Made by a program: the position numbers and the translations under genes
Shown: positions 56,321 to 64,000 of the stretch, piece by piece
How positions within the stretch are numbered: position 1 is the stretch's first letter
How the letters are laid out: each line of letters begins with the position of its first letter
Assembly: GCA_949289065.1 (NCBI GenBank)
Contig: CASEMA010000007.1
Span: forward strand, 14,967 to 78,966
DNA length: 64,000 nucleotides
Direction of reading: 5' to 3'
Origin: an uncultured Eubacteriales bacterium
GTDB lineage: Bacteria > Bacillota > Clostridia > Lachnospirales > Lachnospiraceae
Notes under the pieces: model-generated
What the model was told of the DNA's origin: nothing
Databases searched by the model: none
The model's input: the letters and a program-made list of their open reading frames with translations, nothing else

Positions 56321-57838
56321 ATGGCAATCTTAGAGATGAAACATATCAGCAAGGCTTTTTCCGGCGTGTATGCGAATGAAAATATTGATTTATCTGTGGA
56401 AAAAGGAGAAATACATGCGCTGCTCGGCGAAAACGGGGCTGGAAAGACGACGCTGATGAATATTTTATTTGGTATTTATACGGCGGATACCGGAGAAATT
56501 TACTGGAAAGATAAAAAAGTTGTATTTGATTCTCCAAGAGAAGCGATTGATCAGGGAATAGGTATGGTGCATCAGCATTTTTCGCTTGTTCAGAAAATGA
56601 CAGTGTTAGAGAATATTATTCTCGGACTGAAGCAGGACGGCCTTTTCCTTTCAAAAATGGACGCCAGAAAGAGTATTATTGAACTGGCTGAAAAATATGG
56701 ACTTCGGGTGAGGCCGGATGCAAGAATCCGGGATTTATCTGTGGGCGAGCAGCAGAGAGTAGAAATTTTGAAGGCTTTATATCGGAATGTGGATCTGCTC
56801 ATTCTGGACGAGCCGACGGGCGTCTTGACGCCGAAGGAAACCCAGGACTTTTTCGAGGTTCTGAGAAAATTGAAAAACGAAGGTTACGCCGTCATTATCA
56901 TTACGCATCGCATGAGTGAAATCATGGCGATCAGCGACAGGGTAACGATTTTGAGAGATGGAAAGAAAGTAAAGGAACTGGCGACTTCCGAGACGAATCC
57001 AAAGGAATTGTCCATGTATATGATCGGGCGGGAGCTGCACGGGGATTTTGAAATACAGGAGCAGTCGGATAACGGCGTGGCTTTGGAGCTTAAAAATGTA
57101 AACATCATGAAGGGTGAAAAGGCCATACTGGATAATATTAATCTGACGGTGAATAAGGGCGAGATATTGGGAATTGCCGGCGTTGACGGCAATGGACAGA
57201 CGGAGCTGGCCGAGGTGATCGCGGGCATTCGGAAGAATACATCCGGAGAAATCTGTTTTATGAACGAGAGCATTCAGAAAGCGACAGTGAAGCAGCGTTT
57301 TGAGAAAGGAATTTCCTATATATCCGACGACCGCCATGCGGACGGTCTAGTTATCGATATGACTTTAAAGGAAAACATGCTTCTGAAAAATTATGACAAA
57401 GAGCCTTTTTCTAAAAAAGGGATATTTAATAAAAAACCGATTGAAACGCAGGCGAAGAGTGCCATTGAAAAGTTTCAGATTAAAACCACAGGGACAACGG
57501 GTATGGAGTCCATGGTCAAGCTTTTATCCGGCGGTAATCAGCAGAAGATCATTATCGCCAGAGAAGTCACAGAAGACGCTAAACTGGTCATTGCAAATCA
57601 GCCGACTCGCGGATTGGATATCGGCGCTACCGAGTTTGTGCGACAGACGCTGATGGACGTCCGGAATTCCGATAGGAGCGTCTTGTTGATCTCGGCAGAT
57701 CTGGAAGAGATATTAGCGCTGTCCGACCGGATTGCGGTTATGTTTGGCGGCAGGATTGTCGGCGTGCTGAACCGGGGCGAGGCTGACGTACAAAAGATTG
57801 GCCTGTTAATGGGCGGAATGACAAAGGAGGCCATGTAA
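56321..57838 (+). CDS. Nucleoside/sugar ABC transporter ATPase (two NBDs)
   Basis: GENGAGKTT, LSVGEQQRVEI, second NBD GVDGNGQTEL, LSGGNQQK. Confidence 0.92.
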   Translation: MAILEMKHISKAFSGVYANENIDLSVEKGEIHALLGENGAGKTTLMNILFGIYTADTGEIYWKDKKVVFDSPREAIDQGIGMVHQHFSLVQKMTVLENIILGLKQDGLFLSKMDARKSIIELAEKYGLRVRPDARIRDLSVGEQQRVEILKALYRNVDLLILDEPTGVLTPKETQDFFEVLRKLKNEGYAVIIITHRMSEIMAISDRVTILRDGKKVKELATSETNPKELSMYMIGRELHGDFEIQEQSDNGVALELKNVNIMKGEKAILDNINLTVNKGEILGIAGVDGNGQTELAEVIAGIRKNTSGEICFMNESIQKATVKQRFEKGISYISDDRHADGLVIDMTLKENMLLKNYDKEPFSKKGIFNKKPIETQAKSAIEKFQIKTTGTTGMESMVKLLSGGNQQKIIIAREVTEDAKLVIANQPTRGLDIGATEFVRQTLMDVRNSDRSVLLISADLEEILALSDRIAVMFGGRIVGVLNRGEADVQKIGLLMGGMTKEAM

Positions 57839-58866
57839 TGACGGGGAAAAAACAAAAAATCGTTCAGGCGCTTGTTATCGCGCTGATCACCATTATTGCA
57901 GGTACGGGCCTGATCGTTATGTCCAACGCAAATCCGATGGACGCTTATAGCAATTTCTTTCGAGGTATTTTCGGTAATTTAAACGGCTTTTGCGAGGTGT
58001 TTGTCAAAGCGACGCCGCTGATCTTTACAGGACTTGGATGCGCGGTGGCCTTTCGGACCGGATTTTTCAATATTGGAGCCGAGGGACAGTTTTATATGGG
58101 CGCGCTTGCGTCGGCCATGGTGGCCCTTGGTCTTCCGGGTGTTCCAGGAATCCTGCGGCTCATTCTGGCCCTTATCATCGGATTTCTGGCAGGAGGTGTC
58201 TGGGCGCTGATTGCCGCTGTATTCAAGGCAAAATTCGGTATCTCAGAAATTATTGTAACAATCATGTTAAATTACATAGCCATCAACCTGATCGGACTGG
58301 CTGTCCGGACGTTTTTGATGGACCCGGCCGGAAGCGTGCCTCAGTCGGCGAAGATTGACGAGTCTGTGCTGCTGGCGCAGATACTGCCACCGACGCGGCT
58401 TCATGTGGGATTTATTATTGCACTGGCAGCTGTAGCGGTCGTATGGTATCTCTTAGAGAAAACGACTCTCGGATATGAGATTAAGGTCGTTGGATTTAAC
58501 AAGCGGGCGGCAGCCTGCAACGGGATTTCTGTTATGAAAAATATCGTTATATCAGCCTTTCTGAGCGGAGGCCTGGCAGGCCTGGCCGGGGTGGTCGAAG
58601 TATTGGCGATTCAGAAAAAGCTTTTGGAAGGAATTTCTTCCAATTGCGGATATACGGCGGTTTTGATTGCTCTGATGGCCGGCAATCATCCGGTGGGCGT
58701 CGTTGTGGCGTCGATTGGCATGGCGGCCATGCAGGTTGGAGCGAATACGATGCAGCGGCAGCTTGGCGTTCCGTCGGCGATCGTGGATATACTCGTCGGT
58801 CTTGTTGTGCTTCTCATTCTGGCGAAAGGCCTGATGAGCAGAAAAAAAGCGAAGAAAGCGGCATAG
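57838..58866 (+). CDS. Nucleoside ABC permease 1
   Basis: ATPLIFTGL..AVAFR.G.FNIGAEGQ, SEIIVTIMLNYIA. Confidence 0.9.
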   Translation: MTGKKQKIVQALVIALITIIAGTGLIVMSNANPMDAYSNFFRGIFGNLNGFCEVFVKATPLIFTGLGCAVAFRTGFFNIGAEGQFYMGALASAMVALGLPGVPGILRLILALIIGFLAGGVWALIAAVFKAKFGISEIIVTIMLNYIAINLIGLAVRTFLMDPAGSVPQSAKIDESVLLAQILPPTRLHVGFIIALAAVAVVWYLLEKTTLGYEIKVVGFNKRAAACNGISVMKNIVISAFLSGGLAGLAGVVEVLAIQKKLLEGISSNCGYTAVLIALMAGNHPVGVVVASIGMAAMQVGANTMQRQLGVPSAIVDILVGLVVLLILAKGLMSRKKAKKAA

Positions 58867-58882
58867 AAAGGAGAGAAAAGAG

Positions 58883-59824
58883 ATGTTGGAACAGATTTTG
58901 ACGATAGGATTTTTTACAGCCTTTTTCTCTGCCATGGTGCGTATGGCTGTGCCTTTGATTTATGCTGGTTTGGGTGAAATGTTTGCTGAAAAAGCCGGTA
59001 TCTTAAATATAGGTATGGAAGGCGTTATGTTGAGCGGCGCTTTTTGCTCCTTTGCGGGAGCGATGTTTTCAGGAAGTCTCGTGCTCGGACTTTTGTGCGG
59101 TATTCTGGGCGGTATTGCCGTCGCCATGATTCATGCCCTGTTGTCTGTTAAACTGGCGCAGAATCAGTCGGTCAGCGGTATTGCCATTAATATGTTTGTG
59201 CTCGGTGTGACCAGCTTTTTCTCAAGAATTTTAAAAGAGGGAAAAAGCTATCAGCAGCTGACCACCTTCTCGACCATAAAAATTCCAGGGTTGAGCAGCA
59301 TTCCGTTAATCGGAGATGCTTTGTTCAATCAGGATATTTTTACGTACTTTCTGTATGTGCTGATTATTATTATGACCGTTTTTTATGCGAAAACGGCGAA
59401 AGGCCTGGCTTTTCAGGCTGTGGGAGAACATCCGCGGGCGGCGGACGCGGCGGGGATTTCAGTACATAAGTATCAATACATTGCCATGCTGATTAACGGA
59501 ATTTTAGGCGGCGTCGGCGGCGCCTATCTGGTACTTGTTCAGTTGGGAGTGTTCACGGAAAATATGATTTCCGGACGCGGCTATATCGCATTGGCAGCGG
59601 TCATCCTCGGCCGGTATACGCCGGTGGGAACTTTCGGGGCGGCGCTGATCTTTGGCGGGGCCAATGCCCTTCAGATTCGACTGCAGGCCGTCGGCGTTCC
59701 GCTGCCTGCTCAGGCACTGGCCATGCTGCCTTACATAATTACACTGATTGCCCTTCTCGGTTCCATCGGGCGGAGCAATGAACCAGAAGCATTAAGCAAA
59801 CCGTATATCCGAGGAAGCCGGTAA
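58883..59824 (+). CDS. Nucleoside ABC permease 2
   Basis: EKAG.LNIGMEG.M, AVGEHP.AADAAG.SV, GRGYIALAA..LG. Confidence 0.9.
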   Translation: MLEQILTIGFFTAFFSAMVRMAVPLIYAGLGEMFAEKAGILNIGMEGVMLSGAFCSFAGAMFSGSLVLGLLCGILGGIAVAMIHALLSVKLAQNQSVSGIAINMFVLGVTSFFSRILKEGKSYQQLTTFSTIKIPGLSSIPLIGDALFNQDIFTYFLYVLIIIMTVFYAKTAKGLAFQAVGEHPRAADAAGISVHKYQYIAMLINGILGGVGGAYLVLVQLGVFTENMISGRGYIALAAVILGRYTPVGTFGAALIFGGANALQIRLQAVGVPLPAQALAMLPYIITLIALLGSIGRSNEPEALSKPYIRGSR

Positions 59825-59919
59825 AACTTTATTATGATAAAACGACGAAGAGTATATTTTAATGAAAAATGTACTCTTTGTTTTTGTTCTGGGAATACTA
59901 GAAAGAAGGAGGAAAAAAT

Positions 59920-60792
59920 ATGGGACAAAAATTTGAGGGTAAGGAAAGGGCGCTTGATTTAATTTTTGAAGTTTGCGGGATTTTCATTATGTCCATCGGT
60001 ATTCATTGTTTTCTTGTGCCAACCAATATTGCGCCGGGGGGCATTTCCGGTGTGGCCATTTTAATTCAATATCTGTGGGGACTGCCCATCGGTATGATGA
60101 GCTTTGTCATTAACGTGCCTATTTTTATATTGAGCTGGAAGTATTTGGGAAGAAAATATACGTTTCAGAGTTTGGGAGCGGTTTTGTTGAGTACGGTCAT
60201 TCTCGACTATATTGTGACGCCGTGGCTGCCCATGTATACGGGGGAGAGACTGATCGGTTCACTGTTCGGCGGCGTTTTTATGGGCACCGGTCTCGGTCTG
60301 GTATTTTTGCGGGGATTTTCCACCGGCGGAACGGATGCGATATCCTTTCTGCTGCAATTGAAATTTCCCCATCTTCCTATCGGGCGGACGCTGATGCTGG
60401 TCGATGGATTGGTGCTTGTCATTTCTGTTTTTGTATTTCATAATATAGAAGCGGGACTTTTTGGCGTCGTGGCCCTGTTTGCCCAGACAAAGGTGATTGA
60501 CAGTATTGTTTACGGCAGTGAGCATGGTCAGATGTTCTTTATCGTTTCGGAAAAAAATATGGAGATTAAAGATAAAATTCTCGTTGATGTGGACCGGGGA
60601 GCTACTATCTTGAAGGCCGTCGGCGCTTACACGATGGAAGAAAAAGAGGTGCTTCTCTGCGCGGCGCGCAAATCCCAGTTCGGACAGATTAAGCGGATTG
60701 TCCGGGAGGTGGACCCGAACGCCTTCTTTATTGTCAGCGAAGTGAGTCAGATTCTTGGGGAAGGCTTTAAGTCTGTGTCCGGCGATATGTAG
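59920..60792 (+). CDS. YitT-family membrane protein
   Basis: APGGISG.A, STGGTD, RGAT...AVGAYT, VDP.AF..V. Confidence 0.88.
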   Translation: MGQKFEGKERALDLIFEVCGIFIMSIGIHCFLVPTNIAPGGISGVAILIQYLWGLPIGMMSFVINVPIFILSWKYLGRKYTFQSLGAVLLSTVILDYIVTPWLPMYTGERLIGSLFGGVFMGTGLGLVFLRGFSTGGTDAISFLLQLKFPHLPIGRTLMLVDGLVLVISVFVFHNIEAGLFGVVALFAQTKVIDSIVYGSEHGQMFFIVSEKNMEIKDKILVDVDRGATILKAVGAYTMEEKEVLLCAARKSQFGQIKRIVREVDPNAFFIVSEVSQILGEGFKSVSGDM

Positions 60793-60833
60793 ACCCGGAT
60801 GAGTCGAAAACAAGAACAGGAAGGAATTAAATT

Positions 60834-62963
60834 ATGAAAACATTAGTTATTGCGGAAAAACCGTCGGTGGGCAGGGACATTGCCCGAGTTTTAAAATGCG
60901 GTAAAAACAATCAGGGGGCGCTGGAGGGCGATAAATATGTCGTCACCTGGGCCCTGGGGCATCTTGTAACCCTGGCGGATCCGGAAGCCTACGATTCAAA
61001 ATATAAGACCTGGGAGATGAAGGATCTGCCGATGCTCCCGGAAAAATTTCAATTAGTAGTCATTAAGCAGACCGGGAAACAATATCAGACCGTAAAAAAT
61101 CATTTATATCGGAAGGATATTTCCGATGTGGTTATCGCTACGGATGCGGGGCGGGAAGGGGAATTGGTGGCCCGATGGATTTTGGCGAAGGCGGGAAGTC
61201 ATAAACCGGTGAAGCGGCTCTGGATTTCCTCTGTGACAGATAAGGCTATCCGGGAAGGCTTTGCCCACTTAAAGGACGGCAGATCTTATATGAACCTTTA
61301 TGCAGCGGCGGAGGCCAGGGCAGAAGCGGACTGGCTTGTCGGAATCAACGGCACCCGGGCGTTGACCTGTAAATATAATGCCCAATTATCCTGCGGTCGT
61401 GTCCAGACACCGACCTTATCCATGATTGCTCAGCGTGAACAAGAAATTTGGGAGTTTAAACCGAAAAAATATTACAGTCTTACGCTGTCCTGCGGCGGTA
61501 TTACATGGACCTGGCAGGATGGCAAATCAGGGAGCGGCCGGACCTTCGACAGAGAACGGATAGATGGGATAAAAAATCAGGTTCAGGGAGAAAAGATGAC
61601 AGTGAAGGAAGTTCACCGGGTGACGAAAAAGACTTATGCGCCGGGACTCTATGATTTGACTGAATTGCAGAGAGATGCCAATAAACGTTTTGGATTTTCA
61701 GCAAAGGAGACGCTGAACATTATGCAGCGGCTCTATGAAAATCATAAAGTACTGACGTATCCGCGGACCGATTCCAGATACATAGGGAAGGATGTGGCGG
61801 AGACGCTGAAAGAGCGTTTGAAAGCCTGCAGCGTGGGACCTTACCGGAAGGTGGCTGGAAGACTCATTAATCAGCAGCTTAAGTTAAGTAAGAGTTTTGT
61901 GGATGACAGTAAGGTATCGGATCATCATGCGATTATTCCGACGGAGCAGTTTGTTCAGTTAGAGCATATGAGTAGCGACGAGCGAAAGATTTATGACCTG
62001 GTTGTTCGGCGTTTTGCGGCGGTCTTATATCCGCCCTGCGAGTATGAGCAGACGACATTGAAGGGCGTCTGCGGCGGCGAAACATTTCTGGCAAAGGGAA
62101 AGATCATGAAGCAGCCGGGATGGCAGGCGGCCTATGAAGATTTTCAGGAGGAAGAGGCGGAAGAAGATGTTCGGGAGCAACTGCTTCCGGAGATGAGGGA
62201 AGGTGTTTCCGGCATTGCTTCGCTTGTTAAGGTGAATGAAGGACAGACAAAGCCGCCGGCTTATTATAATGAAGCGACGTTGTTGACAGCCATGGAAAAG
62301 GGCGGGCTTGGAACGGTGGCGACCCGGGCGGATATTATCGATAAACTGTTTAATACATTTTTAATGGAAAAGAAGGAGAAAGACATTCATGTGACGGCTA
62401 AGGGGCGGCAGCTTCTGGAGCTGGTGCCGGAGGATCTGAAAAAACCGGCGTTGACAGCGGACTGGGAGAAACGGTTGACAGCGATTTCCGAAGGGCGTCT
62501 AAAAAAGGATGTATTTATCCGGGATATCCGGGGATATACAGAAGAGATTGTCTCTGAAATTCGAACCGGCGACGGGAAATTCCGGCATGAGAATCTGACG
62601 AACACCAAATGTCCTCAGTGTGGCAAACGGATGCTGGCGGTAAAAGGAAAAAACAGCCGGATGCTTGTCTGCCAGGACAGAGAATGTGGTTACCGGGAGA
62701 CGGTGGCCCGGACGACCAATGCCCGTTGTCCAAAATGCCATAAACGGATGGAAATGTACGGCAAGGGAGATGCCCAGACCTTTGTCTGCGCCTGCGGTTA
62801 TAAAGAAAAGCTGTCTGTTTTCCAGGAACGGCGGCAGAAGGAAGGCGCCGGCGTGAGCAAACGGGATGTGCAGAAGTATTTGAACAAACAAAGAAAAGAA
62901 GCCGAGCAGCCGTTAAATAATGCCTTTGCTGAAGCCTTCGCAAAGCTGAATTTAAAAGAGTAA
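60834..62963 (+). CDS. topB: DNA topoisomerase III with C-terminal zinc ribbons
   Basis: IAEKPSV..DIA, TWALGHL, ATDAGREGE, GRVQTPT, TYPRTDS, CPQC/CPKC. Confidence 0.92.
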   Translation: MKTLVIAEKPSVGRDIARVLKCGKNNQGALEGDKYVVTWALGHLVTLADPEAYDSKYKTWEMKDLPMLPEKFQLVVIKQTGKQYQTVKNHLYRKDISDVVIATDAGREGELVARWILAKAGSHKPVKRLWISSVTDKAIREGFAHLKDGRSYMNLYAAAEARAEADWLVGINGTRALTCKYNAQLSCGRVQTPTLSMIAQREQEIWEFKPKKYYSLTLSCGGITWTWQDGKSGSGRTFDRERIDGIKNQVQGEKMTVKEVHRVTKKTYAPGLYDLTELQRDANKRFGFSAKETLNIMQRLYENHKVLTYPRTDSRYIGKDVAETLKERLKACSVGPYRKVAGRLINQQLKLSKSFVDDSKVSDHHAIIPTEQFVQLEHMSSDERKIYDLVVRRFAAVLYPPCEYEQTTLKGVCGGETFLAKGKIMKQPGWQAAYEDFQEEEAEEDVREQLLPEMREGVSGIASLVKVNEGQTKPPAYYNEATLLTAMEKGGLGTVATRADIIDKLFNTFLMEKKEKDIHVTAKGRQLLELVPEDLKKPALTADWEKRLTAISEGRLKKDVFIRDIRGYTEEIVSEIRTGDGKFRHENLTNTKCPQCGKRMLAVKGKNSRMLVCQDRECGYRETVARTTNARCPKCHKRMEMYGKGDAQTFVCACGYKEKLSVFQERRQKEGAGVSKRDVQKYLNKQRKEAEQPLNNAFAEAFAKLNLKE

Positions 62964-63040
62964 AGAGTACGGGAGAAGATGCTGGAGAAAAAGGCGGGTG
63001 AAGGAATTCCACAGATTAAAGGAGTCCTTTACCCGCCATA

Positions 63041-63289
63041 TTATTTCACTAAAAAGTAGTCGTCGGCTGTGCCGAGTGGTTTGCCGGCGGCTGTCAGGAC
63101 AACAAATTTGTCCCATTTTGAAACCATATCTTTTAGTTCCTCGGCCTCCGGATGGGTTGCCTGCCAGCAAACGATAAGCGGCTGGTCGGCGATGTCTATA
63201 GCTCTGCTCCAGATCATGATAAAATTTTTGTCCGAGTCATCCAGACACATATCACCCTGCAGTTTTAATGCGATTTTTTGTTCTTCCAT
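63041..63289 (-). CDS. Hypothetical protein (82 aa)
   Basis: Free-standing ORF with upstream AGGG; no family recognised. Confidence 0.5.
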   Translation of the reverse strand: MEEQKIALKLQGDMCLDDSDKNFIMIWSRAIDIADQPLIVCWQATHPEAEELKDMVSKWDKFVVLTAAGKPLGTADDYFLVK

Positions 63290-63539
63290 ATTCTTTTGCC
63301 CCTGATATTATAATTTTATTTAATGATAACAGATGCTCCCTTTGGAATCAATAGAAACACCAATTTTTTGACGATACAATGCCATTTTGACAAAAAATTG
63401 ACTTGTTTTGAAGAAAATATAGTCAATTTGAGTAAAAAAATATACAAAATACAAGCCGTAGCCTTGACTAACTGTGCTGAATTTTACTATACTGGAAACG
63501 TAAAACGATGCAGAAAATTCGTCAGAAAGGGGCGTAACA

Positions 63540-64000
63540 ATGAATAAAATCACGGATGAATTGTATGAAAGATTCAAAAAGAATCTTGAGAGCGTGAACG
63601 GCACATGTGTACGCGCTTCCAAGGAAAATCTTGGAAAGGCCGTTGCCGGAATTTTTAAAGAAGCCGGCATCCCTGATACTTGTATCGTTGAAACTCCGCT
63701 CATGAAAGAAGGAGGAGTCATCAATGCTTTGGAAGAAGCAGGGATTAAAGTGTACACGGACCACATTCGTCTCAATGGAGAGACAGTAAAAGGCGGCGTG
63801 TCGGAGAGTCAGTATGGTATTGCGGACCTTGGCACCATGGTTCAGGCGAGAGACGTTATTGACGAGAGAATCGTTTCAACGATGTCGGAGTATTATATCG
63901 GTATTTTGAAGGGGTCTACGATCGTGCCGGAGTATGACGACATGTTTGACATCCTCGCAGAACTTCCGGAACTGCCTAATTTTGTCGGCTTCGTTACCGG
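63540..64000 (+). CDS. LUD-domain (LutC/YkgG-like) protein, truncated by the window end
   Basis: ATG 63540 after AAGGGG; open to the window end; GVSESQYGIADLGTMV...RIVSTM...FVT. Confidence 0.7.
   Translation, partial: MNKITDELYERFKKNLESVNGTCVRASKENLGKAVAGIFKEAGIPDTCIVETPLMKEGGVINALEEAGIKVYTDHIRLNGETVKGGVSESQYGIADLGTMVQARDVIDERIVSTMSEYYIGILKGSTIVPEYDDMFDILAELPELPNFVGFVT

Overview
Chromosomal DNA from a spore-forming, Lachnospiraceae-like clostridium (inferred from gene content). Bases 1 to ~7141 are the right end of a prophage: tail lysin, baseplate and Ig-like proteins, tail fibre with an S74-type chaperone, holin, endolysin, and a small terminal module. The prophage boundary falls inside the spore-coat gene cotJC. 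The reading frame is CotJC-like up to ...QYGGP and then runs into phage DNA exactly at a 20-bp inverted repeat (CAATACGG-GCCT-CCGTATTG) resembling a serine-integrase att site, so excision should rebuild cotJC. The terminal module has an AbrB-like gene, a 45-aa ORF, three copies of an 11-bp palindromic operator and a predicted ~68-nt antisense RNA. The rest is mostly core chromosome: aspartokinase, amino-acid ABC transporter, SPFH/RHH/deoC-cdd-deoB, prfC, an ECF sigma/anti-sigma pair, citrate synthase, larA, pckA, metG, tatD, rsmA, topB. Accessory metabolic units include a sigma54-controlled CoA-transferase/permease/crotonase/MaoC/acyl-CoA dehydrogenase/EtfBA operon, an orphan vanY-like gene behind an RBS-occluding hairpin, and an amidohydrolase with a nucleoside-type ABC importer. 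Three single-base frameshifts in short homopolymers may be sequencing errors. No rRNA, tRNA or CRISPR array was seen. Family assignments come from motif recognition by eye; no database searches were run.
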